Source: Candidatus Nanopelagicales bacterium
GTDB taxonomy: Bacteria > Actinomycetota > Actinomycetes > S36-B12 > UBA5976
Assembly (NCBI GenBank): GCA_049428425.1
Contig: JBMTAF010000002.1
Span: 1 to 39,803 of the forward strand
DNA length: 39,803 bases
Reading direction: 5' to 3'
Below are positions 29,644 through 38,438 of this stretch, piece after piece (position 1 is the stretch's first letter; every line of letters starts with the position of its first letter). A program made the position numbers and the translations under genes. Under the pieces are notes generated by a model. The model ran no database searches, was not told where the DNA came from, and saw only the letters and a list, made by a program, of their open reading frames with translations.

Positions 29644-30480
29644 CGACGAATAGAATTTAATCACCGATCTAATCCAACGTAACCGTCGCAATAGTCGCTT
29701 TACTAATGTGCGTTTCACTCTCGGTAGGCCAATTTTGGTTGGGCGATAGCCGTTTCGCAGCATCCAGTCTATGAATTGGTTCTCAATGTCAATAATTTCA
29801 TTTGGTAGCAAGGTTTCCCGCCAAGATCCTGGCCGCCCGTCAGTAATATGGTTAACCGTAAGGCGCGTTTGTTGCCGAACTGAAAAATCTTGTCGCACCG
29901 CCTGACTTCGCTCCCGCTGCTTATCAATGTCCAAGTCATCAGCAAGTTTTGCAACCCATTCGTCAGTTACTTTGATATCTAAGAAATCCGCCAAACTTCG
30001 GATCAGGAATGGGACATCATCAACAAAGTCTTCATAGAAACCAACCCATGCTTTTGGCATCTTTGGATAGATCAGAGAACCAACGCGCTCCTTTTTCGCA
30101 AAATCCTTCGCAAAGCCGACTCGGGCGGGATCATTCTTTGATAGTCGTCCTTTGCGGATAAGGCTGGCCACAGCATCCCGTGGATCGCGTGCGGTGTAAA
30201 TGTAATAGGCGCCGGAAGTAGGTAACCGATCGCGAACATACTTCGAGACGGTATGCATCTTGGTCAAAATTATCTTGGGCGAGGCTGCAGCAGCGGCAAT
30301 TTCTTCAGCCGGAACACCTATACCGGTTTGCGGCTCGGTTACGGTTATTTCATGGTTTAGCTCGAGCAAAGCTCGGGTAACCTGAAAGGTTAGGGTGGAT
30401 CCGGACCGGCGCATTCCACAGACGATTACAAACACGCCCTCATCGTAGAGGGAGAGTGCCTGGCAGGTAGGCTTTGCCAC
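29626..30480 (-). CDS. Sulfotransferase family protein (PAPS-dependent type) with a very basic C-terminal tail
   Basis: It has a 5'-PSB P-loop-like CGMRRSGST, a 3'-PB motif YIYTARDPRDAVASL and a late G-x-x-G-x-W segment (DGRPGSWRETL) as in cytosolic/Stf-type sulfotransferases. The GTG start is at 30480. The last 6 codons overlap the polA 3' end. Confidence 0.75.
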   Translation of the reverse strand: MAKPTCQALSLYDEGVFVIVCGMRRSGSTLTFQVTRALLELNHEITVTEPQTGIGVPAEEIAAAAASPKIILTKMHTVSKYVRDRLPTSGAYYIYTARDPRDAVASLIRKGRLSKNDPARVGFAKDFAKKERVGSLIYPKMPKAWVGFYEDFVDDVPFLIRSLADFLDIKVTDEWVAKLADDLDIDKQRERSQAVRQDFSVRQQTRLTVNHITDGRPGSWRETLLPNEIIDIENQFIDWMLRNGYRPTKIGLPRVKRTLVKRLLRRLRWIRSVIKFYSSSVRRG

Positions 30481-30492
30481 TGCTGGAAATGG

Positions 30493-30516
30493 CTCGAGTC
30501 GGACCTAGGGCTCGAG
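30493..30516. promoter_or_regulatory. Hairpin/direct repeat GGCTCGAG-n10-GGCTCGAG in the sulfotransferase/rpsA divergent region
   Basis: Read directly: GGCTCGAG at 30491-30498 and 30509-30516. CTCGAG is self-complementary, so the two copies can pair. CCTAGG sits in the spacer. Function is unknown. Confidence 0.2.
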
Positions 30517-30575
30517 AAAGTGTTCGCACCCATGAAAGCGTACCTACGACTTAATTGTCCCTACGAGAGTTGTCT

Positions 30576-31895
30576 ATGACTGTTTCTGCTTCAACCCCAA
30601 ATATTGCTGTAAACGATGTTGGCTCTGCCGAAGATTTTCTAGCCGCGATTGATTCCACAATCAAATATTTCAATGATGGCGACCTAGTTACCGGAACTGT
30701 CGTTAAAGTTGATCGTGATGAAGTTTTGCTCGATGTCGGTTACAAGACCGAGGGTGTCATCCCAGCGCGCGAATTGTCTATACGTCAAGATATTGACCCA
30801 ACTGAGTTGGTCAAAATTGGTGATTCTGTTGAAGCATTAGTTGTCACTAAAGAAGATAAAGATGGCCGACTTATTCTTTCCAAGAAGCGAGCCCAGTATG
30901 AAAAGGCGTGGGGCACTATCGAAGCGATTAAGGCGCAAGATGGAATCGTGCGCGGCATCGTCATTGAGGTAGTAAAAGGCGGTCTAATTGTTGATATTGG
31001 CTTGCGTGGATTCCTACCAGCGTCTTTGGTTGAGATGCGTCGAGTTCGTGATCTTGCACCTTACATCGGCAAAGACATTGAAGCTAAAATCATCGAATTA
31101 GATAAAAATCGTAATAACGTTGTTTTGTCACGACGAGCTTTTCTAGAAGCAACTCAATCTGAAGTTAGATCCACATTCTTGAATAATTTGGAAAAGGGAC
31201 AGATTCGAACTGGTGTTGTTTCAAGCATAGTTAACTTTGGCGCATTCGTTGATTTAGGCGGCGTCGATGGTCTAGTTCACGTTTCAGAACTCTCATGGCA
31301 TCACATTGACCATCCAAATGAAGTGGTTGAAGTTGGGACCGAGGTTACGGTTGAAGTTCTAGAAGTTGATATGGAACGCGAACGAGTATCTCTTTCACTG
31401 AAGAGCACTCAGGAAGATCCATGGCAAGCTTTTGCAAGAATGCACGGTATTGGTCAAGTTGTACCAGGCACAGTTACTAAGTTGGTTCCATTCGGTGCTT
31501 TCGTACAGGTTGCTGAAGGAATTGAAGGCTTAGTGCATATCAGTGAACTTGCCGAACAACATGTTGAAATTCCAGAGCAGATTGTTCAGGTTGGTCAGCA
31601 AGTTACGGTTAAGGTCATTGATATTGATTTAGAGCGTCGTCGGGTAAGTTTGAGCATGAAGCAATCCTCAGATTCTGGATCTGGCGAAGTTCAGGACGCC
31701 TTTGATCCATACGCTTACGGAATGCCACCATCATTTGATGAGGCTGGTAGATACATCGGTCCAGATGGATTTGATCCAGAGACAGGCGAATGGAAATCAG
31801 GCTTCGATGATCAACGAATTGAGTGGGAGCGTCAATACAACGAAGCACTCGCTCGTTGGGAAGCACACAAGGCTGATTCTCAAAAATCTGAGTAG
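30576..31895 (+). CDS. rpsA: 30S ribosomal protein S1
   Basis: MTVSASTPNIAVNDVGSAEDFLAAIDSTIKYFNDGDLVTGTVVKVD is the typical actinobacterial S1 N-terminus. Four S1 repeats follow, then an acidic C-terminus. ATG at 30576 is preferred over the in-frame TTG at 30555. Confidence 0.95.
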   Translation: MTVSASTPNIAVNDVGSAEDFLAAIDSTIKYFNDGDLVTGTVVKVDRDEVLLDVGYKTEGVIPARELSIRQDIDPTELVKIGDSVEALVVTKEDKDGRLILSKKRAQYEKAWGTIEAIKAQDGIVRGIVIEVVKGGLIVDIGLRGFLPASLVEMRRVRDLAPYIGKDIEAKIIELDKNRNNVVLSRRAFLEATQSEVRSTFLNNLEKGQIRTGVVSSIVNFGAFVDLGGVDGLVHVSELSWHHIDHPNEVVEVGTEVTVEVLEVDMERERVSLSLKSTQEDPWQAFARMHGIGQVVPGTVTKLVPFGAFVQVAEGIEGLVHISELAEQHVEIPEQIVQVGQQVTVKVIDIDLERRRVSLSMKQSSDSGSGEVQDAFDPYAYGMPPSFDEAGRYIGPDGFDPETGEWKSGFDDQRIEWERQYNEALARWEAHKADSQKSE

Positions 31896-31922
31896 TCCAT
31901 TCAGGTTTGATCGGTAACGCTG

Positions 31923-32498
31923 ATGGCAAAGATCGCAATCAGTGGTGGTATTGGTTCGGGTAAAAGTGTGCTGGCTAACGCGCTTCGATCCCGAGGCAAA
32001 ACGGTATTGGATGCCGACCTGCTAGCAAAAGAATGTTTGGACAGCTCAACCATCCGGTCTCAAGTACTGATTGCCTTTCCTGCTTTGCGCGATGTTCCAG
32101 CGGAAAATTTACGTAAAGAATTGGCAAGACTCGTCTTCACCGATCCAGCCTCGCTAAGAACCCTGGAGTCTTTAATCCATCCTTGTGTCGCGGAACGGAT
32201 TTCAGTTATTGAAAAGCAGAGCAAGTCACCTATATTCGTTGAAGTCCCGGTGCTGGCTGCTGCTCAGACATATGATCTATTGATTACGGTTTCAGCGCCT
32301 GATCAAACTCGTATAGCTCGCCTGCGAGCTAAAGGGATGGATGAGCAAGATATCTACAATCGGATGGCCGTACAGCCCTCCAATGAAGAATTCATTCGAA
32401 GCGCCGACCTGGTATTCGATGGCAGTATTGGTAGTAAAGAATATGAAGATGCGGTAAATGGTTTGATCGCTCAAGTTGATGGATTAATTAATGGCTAA
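31923..32498 (+). CDS. coaE: Dephospho-CoA kinase (short form, no UPF0157 extension)
   Basis: P-loop [18 protein letters not shown] and IHP.V are present. The position after rpsA is conserved. Confidence 0.9.
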   Translation: MAKIAISGGIGSGKSVLANALRSRGKTVLDADLLAKECLDSSTIRSQVLIAFPALRDVPAENLRKELARLVFTDPASLRTLESLIHPCVAERISVIEKQSKSPIFVEVPVLAAAQTYDLLITVSAPDQTRIARLRAKGMDEQDIYNRMAVQPSNEEFIRSADLVFDGSIGSKEYEDAVNGLIAQVDGLING

Positions 32499-34602
32499 TT
32501 TGCCAAACGAAGTGCGAGAGATTCGAGACCTGCTTGACTCAGTCAGAAGGGATCGACCTTTTAAAGTTGTGAGCGAATATCAACCTAGCGGAGATCAGCC
32601 TGTCGCAATCGCTGAGATTACTAAACGTTTTAACGCCGGTGAGCAGAATGTCGTACTACTGGGTGCAACTGGTACTGGAAAGAGTGCAACAACCGCATGG
32701 ATCATCGAGAAGCTCCAGCGACCAGCATTGATTATTGAGCCTAACCGAACTTTAGCTGCTCAAATGGCACAAGAACTACGCGAGATGTTTCCAGAAAATC
32801 AGGTTGAGTATTTTGTTTCGTATTATGATTACTATCAACCGGAAGCATATATTCCTCAAACAGATACGTTTATTGAAAAAGATGCAACAATCAATCAAGA
32901 AGTTGAACGGTTAAGGCATTCTGCGACAAATTCCCTTTTAACTCGGCGAGATGTAATTGTTGTGGCTTCGGTATCCTGTATTTACGGACTAGGTCATCCG
33001 GCAGAATACCTAAAGAGGATGCTGTTTTTGGAAGTAGGACAAACTATTCCTCGGGACGCGTTACTGCGTAAATTTGTACAAATGCAGTACACGAGAAATG
33101 ACATTGGTTTCACTCGTGGGACGTTTCGAGTTCGTGGGGATACCGTGGAGATTATTCCAATGTATGAGGAACTTGCTATTCGTGTTGAGCTCTTTGGCGA
33201 CGAGATTGATCGAATTATGATTATGCACCCAGTCACTGGGGAAATCCTCGCTGAAGAAAAGCACGTAACTGTGTTCCCAGCCTCACATTATGTTTCAGGC
33301 CCTGAGGAAACTGCGGCTGCGGTATTAAAGATAAAGGAAGAGTTACAAAGCCGATTGACGGAACTTACTAATGCCGGGAAATTGTTGGAAGCCCAACGAT
33401 TGCAAATGCGAACTAGTTTTGATTTAGAAATGATTCAGGAAATGGGTTCATGTTCGGGAATTGAGAATTATTCACGACACATGGATGGACGTGAAGCTGG
33501 CTCAGCACCACATTGCCTTCTTGACTATTTCCCAGATGACTTCTTACTTGTAATTGATGAATCCCACGTTACGGTTCCGCAAATTGGTGCCATGTATGAA
33601 GGCGACGCTTCTAGAAAGCGGACACTGGTTGAGCATGGATTTCGCTTACCGTCAGCCCTAGACAACCGACCGCTTAAGTTTGATGAATTTCTAACCAGAA
33701 TTGGGCAAACTCTATATTTGTCAGCTACGCCTGGGCCGTATGAGTTACAGCAGGTGCAGGGAGATGTGGTTGAGCAGGTTATTCGACCAACTGGCTTAGT
33801 TGATCCAAAAGTAAGCGTCCGACCGACGAAGGGACAAATCGACAATCTCTTAACCGAGATTAACGAGCGGGTTGCGAAGTCAGAAAGAGTTCTAGTAACT
33901 ACTCTTACCAAGCGAATGGCTGAAGAATTGACCGACTATCTGTCAGATCAAAATATTCAGGTTAGATATCTCCATTCTGATGTGAAGACGCTGGAGCGTG
34001 TAGGGCTCCTGCGTGGTTTAAGGCTAGGCGAGTTTGATGTTCTGGTTGGAATCAACTTACTGCGCGAAGGATTAGATTTGCCCGAAGTCAGCTTGGTCGC
34101 AATACTTGATGCGGATAAAGAGGGATTTCTGCGGAGCGAACGGTCACTAATTCAAACAATCGGTCGAGCGGCACGAAACGTGTCTGGCGAAGTAATAATG
34201 TACGCAGATCGTATTACCGATTCGATGAATCACGCAATTGAGGAAACGACCAGGAGACGAAATGTGCAGTTGGATTACAATCAAAAGCACGGTATAGATC
34301 CGAAGCCGTTGCGCAAGAAAATATCTGATATATCACAGTTATTAGCAGAAGAACAGGGTGAGTTAGAAGTGCTAGCATCCCGAGGTAGTCGCCTGAAGAA
34401 GCAAACCGAAATAACTAGATTTGAGGACCTGGTGGAGTTAGTTACTGAATTAACATCTCAGATGAGAGTGGCTGCCGAAGAACTGCAATTTGAAATTGCG
34501 GCTAGCTTGCGTGATGAAATAACTGAGTTGAAAAGAGAAATTCGAACTCTGCAAGCAGCTGGATTAGCAGAGACCGAGAAGCCGATAAAGGAAAAACAAT
34601 GA
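32491..34602 (+). CDS. uvrB: Excinuclease ABC subunit B
   Basis: [36 protein letters not shown] and the C-terminal UVR motif ([14 protein letters not shown]) are present. Confidence 0.97.
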   Translation: MANLPNEVREIRDLLDSVRRDRPFKVVSEYQPSGDQPVAIAEITKRFNAGEQNVVLLGATGTGKSATTAWIIEKLQRPALIIEPNRTLAAQMAQELREMFPENQVEYFVSYYDYYQPEAYIPQTDTFIEKDATINQEVERLRHSATNSLLTRRDVIVVASVSCIYGLGHPAEYLKRMLFLEVGQTIPRDALLRKFVQMQYTRNDIGFTRGTFRVRGDTVEIIPMYEELAIRVELFGDEIDRIMIMHPVTGEILAEEKHVTVFPASHYVSGPEETAAAVLKIKEELQSRLTELTNAGKLLEAQRLQMRTSFDLEMIQEMGSCSGIENYSRHMDGREAGSAPHCLLDYFPDDFLLVIDESHVTVPQIGAMYEGDASRKRTLVEHGFRLPSALDNRPLKFDEFLTRIGQTLYLSATPGPYELQQVQGDVVEQVIRPTGLVDPKVSVRPTKGQIDNLLTEINERVAKSERVLVTTLTKRMAEELTDYLSDQNIQVRYLHSDVKTLERVGLLRGLRLGEFDVLVGINLLREGLDLPEVSLVAILDADKEGFLRSERSLIQTIGRAARNVSGEVIMYADRITDSMNHAIEETTRRRNVQLDYNQKHGIDPKPLRKKISDISQLLAEEQGELEVLASRGSRLKKQTEITRFEDLVELVTELTSQMRVAAEELQFEIAASLRDEITELKREIRTLQAAGLAETEKPIKEKQ

Positions 34603-35606
34603 TCGAAGGCTGGTTGTGGGCGGTTACTATTGGTGCGGTCATCTTGGTGTACACCTTTGAATCTATTCATGCAATTCGACATCCTCACATCGTTCCCTTT
34701 CGAGAAGCAGTTGCCTGGGTATCCATATATGTGACGGCAGCGTTTGTATTTGGTATTTTTCTTTGGATCAATCTCGGCTCTGATATAGGCCTCCAATTTG
34801 TCGCTGGGTATATCACCGAGTTGAGTTTAAGTGTAGATAATCTTTTTGTTTTCATTTTGATTATGGCCTCGTTTGCAGTGCCAAGTATGTATGTTCAGAT
34901 GTTGCTACAACTTGGAATTGTTGGCGCGCTTGTACTTAGATTCCTATTTATTCTTGTTGGTGCCGCCGCAATCGAACGGTTTTCCTGGATATTCTTCATT
35001 TTTGGTGCGTTCCTAATTTACACCGCAATTAAATTGGTTGCGAAACATGGAGAGCAAGACAAAGCAGAGGACTCTGGAATTGTAAATTTCTTGGAGAAGA
35101 AGCTCCCTTTGACAAGCGAATATCATGATAAAAAGTTTGCCCTGAAGATTGATGGTAAATGGGTCTTCACGCCAATGGTTATCGTGGTGATTTCACTATT
35201 TATGACAGATATTGTCTTTGCTCTCGACAGTATCCCGGCTATTTTTGGGTTAACTACAGAACCTTATATTGTTTTCACAGCAAATGCGTTCGCCTTAATG
35301 GGTTTGCGTCAAATGTACTTCCTGCTTGATGGCTTGTTGGATAGATTGATTTATCTCTCATATGGATTGGCATTTATTCTTGCCTTCATAGGAGTTAAGT
35401 TAACTTTACATGCTTTTCACGAGCAAGGTTTTAAGGTGCCTGAAGTTTCTACACAATTATCCCTCTTAGTTATTCTAGTTACACTCATCATTACTGTAAT
35501 CACTTCACTTCGCTCCTCAAGCAAGACTCGTGCCTTGCCGGTTGCCATCGGTGAGGAGATCGAAGAGATTAAACGTCTTCAACAAGAAAATAAATCGGGT
35601 GATTGA
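34599..35606 (+). CDS. terC: TerC family integral membrane protein
   Basis: It is a multi-TM protein with the TerC signatures [15 protein letters not shown] and [16 protein letters not shown]-type overlaps occur at both ends (uvrB upstream, uvrA downstream). Confidence 0.88.
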   Translation: MIEGWLWAVTIGAVILVYTFESIHAIRHPHIVPFREAVAWVSIYVTAAFVFGIFLWINLGSDIGLQFVAGYITELSLSVDNLFVFILIMASFAVPSMYVQMLLQLGIVGALVLRFLFILVGAAAIERFSWIFFIFGAFLIYTAIKLVAKHGEQDKAEDSGIVNFLEKKLPLTSEYHDKKFALKIDGKWVFTPMVIVVISLFMTDIVFALDSIPAIFGLTTEPYIVFTANAFALMGLRQMYFLLDGLLDRLIYLSYGLAFILAFIGVKLTLHAFHEQGFKVPEVSTQLSLLVILVTLIITVITSLRSSSKTRALPVAIGEEIEEIKRLQQENKSGD

Positions 35607-38437
35607 TGTCTGACCATTTGACTATTAGGGGTGCACGCGAACATAACCTAAAGAATATTGATTTGGAGCTACCAAGGGATAAGCTCATCGTTTTTACCGG
35701 TATGAGTGGATCCGGGAAGTCATCATTGGCCTTCGATACCATTTTTGCTGAGGGTCAACGTAGGTATGTTGAGTCACTAAGTGCATATGCTCGCCAATTC
35801 CTGGGTCAGATGGATAAACCAGATGTTGATTTTATCGAAGGGTTATCGCCGGCTGTTTCAATTGATCAGAAATCAACGAATCGAAATCCTCGTTCCACTG
35901 TAGGAACGATTACGGAAGTTCACGATTATTTGCGATTATTGTATGCCCGAATTGGCTTACCGCATTGCCCCGATTGCGGAAGCGAGATCTCTCGGCAATC
36001 TGCACAACAAATTGTTGATCAAATTCTCGCATTTGAGACGGGACGTAAGTTCATTATTCTGGCACCAGTGGTCAAAGCCCGAAAGGGCGAATTTTTGGAT
36101 TTATTGCGTTCACTACAGACGCAAGGCTTTGCTAGAGCAAAAGTTGATGGTGAAATATATGAATTGAGCCAAGTCCCAAAATTAAAAAAGCAAGAGAAGC
36201 ACAGCATCGATTTGGTAGTTGATCGATTAACCGTTCAACCCAGCTCTCGATCTCGAATAAATGATTCTATTGAAATTGCACTTAAACTTGGCCACGGTAA
36301 TGTTGTCATTGAGTTTGTTGAGGCTAATTCTGAACCAGTTTTATTCAGCGAGCATCTAGCATGTGCAAAGTGTGGCATTAGTTATGATCAATTAGAGCCA
36401 AGGTCTTTTTCGTTTAATTCTCCATTCGGTGCCTGTAGCGAGTGCTCCGGTTTAGGCGTCCAGATGATTGTTGAGGAGCAACTAGTAATTAATGATGAGG
36501 ACTTATCCCTTGCTGACGGGGCCATAACACCCTGGGCAACTGGGATGATGGCAGATTTTTACCAGAAGGTGCTTTTTGCATTATGCGAAGAATACGATGT
36601 GGATTTCTATACGCCATGGCGGAAATTGCCGGCTAAATTTAAGCGCATAGTGCTCCAGGGCACTGGCGAAGAGTTAACGGTCAATTATCGAAATCGTCAC
36701 GGAAAGGCCAGAAGCTTTAACACCGTGTTCGAAGGTGTTGTGCCTTATCTGCAGCGCAGACATTTGGAGGCCGAGTCGGATTCCTCTCGCGAGAGATTCG
36801 CTGGCTATATGCGTGAAAGACCGTGTCCTGCTTGTGATGGAACACGTTTGAAACCATTGATTCTGGCAGTAACTATAAATAGTAAATCGATCGCTGAATT
36901 ATCAACAATGTCGATAGGCGAACTTAAAATCTGGATAGATGCACTTAAACTTTCCAAAAAAGATGCTCTTATCGGTGCAAGAGTACTCAAAGAGGTGCAA
37001 GAGCGACTTCAATTCTTGCTTGATGTGGGACTGGATTATTTGAGTTTGGATCGAGCAGCTGGGTCACTAAGTGGTGGCGAAGCACAGCGAATCCGATTAG
37101 CAACTCAGATCGGAGCGGGTCTTGTCGGTGTACTTTATGTTTTAGATGAACCCAGTATTGGACTGCATCAGCGCGATAACGAAAGATTAATTGCAACGCT
37201 TGAGAGACTGCGTAATTTGGGTAACACATTGATAGTAGTCGAGCACGACGAAGACACTATTAAAGCAGCAGATTGGATTGTTGATATCGGTCCGGGTGCT
37301 GGCGAGTATGGTGGGAATGTTGTTCATTCAGGTGAACTTTCTGGTCTATTAAAGAATGATGAATCCGAGACTGGCAAGTACTTATCTAGACAGAAAGTCA
37401 TAGCGACACCAAAGGTTCGTCGCAATCGCGATGAGTCACGAGTTATCAAGGTACTTCAGGCTGAGGAGCATAATCTAAAGAAAGTTGATGTTGAGTTTCC
37501 ACTTGGATTATTTGTATGTGTGACAGGTGTCAGCGGAAGCGGGAAAAGCACCTTAGTAAATGACGTTTTGCACGCAGCATTGGCCCGCGAAATCAATTCC
37601 GCATCTGTAGTACCAGGTAAGCACAAGAAAGTTGTCGGAATAAATCAATTAGACAAGGTTGTCCATGTCGACCAGAGTCCCATTGGTAGAACACCGCGTT
37701 CTAATCCAGCCACCTACACTGGAGTATTTGACTCAATCAGAAAGTTATTTGCTGAAACTGAAGAAGCCAAAATCCGTGGATATCAACCTGGTCGCTTTTC
37801 ATTCAACGTCAAAGGCGGCAGATGTGAGTCATGTTCCGGGGATGGCACTATTAGAATCGAAATGAATTTTCTGCCAGACGTTTATGTCCCTTGTGAAGTA
37901 TGTAATGGCAAGCGTTATAACCGGGAAACTTTAGAAGTTTTGTATAAAGGCAAGTCAATTTCAGAAGTGTTGGATATGGCTATTTCAACAGCTTATGAAT
38001 TCTTTGAGAATATTCCATCAATAAATAGACATCTGCGAACATTGTTGGACGTTGGATTGGGCTATGTTCGATTAGGCCAGAGTGCGCCTACGCTTTCTGG
38101 CGGGGAAGCGCAACGTGTAAAGCTGGCAACTGAATTGCAGCGAAGATCAACTGGCAAAACTTTCTATGTATTAGACGAACCCACGACCGGACTTCATTTT
38201 GAAGATGTTAGAAGGTTACTTGAAGTATTGAATCGTCTGGTAGATCAAGGAAACACGGTTGTTGTGATCGAACACAATCTAGATGTAATACGAGTTAGCG
38301 ATTGGATTATCGATCTCGGTCCAGAAGGTGGATCGCGTGGCGGTCAAGTTATTGCGACCGGCACGCCTGAGCAAGTTGCCAAAGTAGATTCGAGTTTCAC
38401 GGGACGATTCTTAGCATCAGCTCTAGCAACGCATTGA
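35606..38437 (+). CDS. uvrA: Excinuclease ABC subunit A
   Basis: [40 protein letters not shown], zinc modules ([24 protein letters not shown]...CEVCNG), two ABC signatures LSGGEAQR and two Walker B motifs are present. ATG at 35606 is preferred over TTG at 35603. Confidence 0.97.
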   Translation: MSDHLTIRGAREHNLKNIDLELPRDKLIVFTGMSGSGKSSLAFDTIFAEGQRRYVESLSAYARQFLGQMDKPDVDFIEGLSPAVSIDQKSTNRNPRSTVGTITEVHDYLRLLYARIGLPHCPDCGSEISRQSAQQIVDQILAFETGRKFIILAPVVKARKGEFLDLLRSLQTQGFARAKVDGEIYELSQVPKLKKQEKHSIDLVVDRLTVQPSSRSRINDSIEIALKLGHGNVVIEFVEANSEPVLFSEHLACAKCGISYDQLEPRSFSFNSPFGACSECSGLGVQMIVEEQLVINDEDLSLADGAITPWATGMMADFYQKVLFALCEEYDVDFYTPWRKLPAKFKRIVLQGTGEELTVNYRNRHGKARSFNTVFEGVVPYLQRRHLEAESDSSRERFAGYMRERPCPACDGTRLKPLILAVTINSKSIAELSTMSIGELKIWIDALKLSKKDALIGARVLKEVQERLQFLLDVGLDYLSLDRAAGSLSGGEAQRIRLATQIGAGLVGVLYVLDEPSIGLHQRDNERLIATLERLRNLGNTLIVVEHDEDTIKAADWIVDIGPGAGEYGGNVVHSGELSGLLKNDESETGKYLSRQKVIATPKVRRNRDESRVIKVLQAEEHNLKKVDVEFPLGLFVCVTGVSGSGKSTLVNDVLHAALAREINSASVVPGKHKKVVGINQLDKVVHVDQSPIGRTPRSNPATYTGVFDSIRKLFAETEEAKIRGYQPGRFSFNVKGGRCESCSGDGTIRIEMNFLPDVYVPCEVCNGKRYNRETLEVLYKGKSISEVLDMAISTAYEFFENIPSINRHLRTLLDVGLGYVRLGQSAPTLSGGEAQRVKLATELQRRSTGKTFYVLDEPTTGLHFEDVRRLLEVLNRLVDQGNTVVVIEHNLDVIRVSDWIIDLGPEGGSRGGQVIATGTPEQVAKVDSSFTGRFLASALATH

Positions 38438-38438
38438 A

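Noticed and set aside
25963-30480. tRNA-Leu as an integration site for a genomic island carrying pdtaR, the thioesterase and the sulfotransferase
   Set aside because: I saw no integrase or recombinase and no direct repeat of the tRNA 3' end downstream. The pdtaR-polA neighbourhood is conserved core synteny in actinobacteria.
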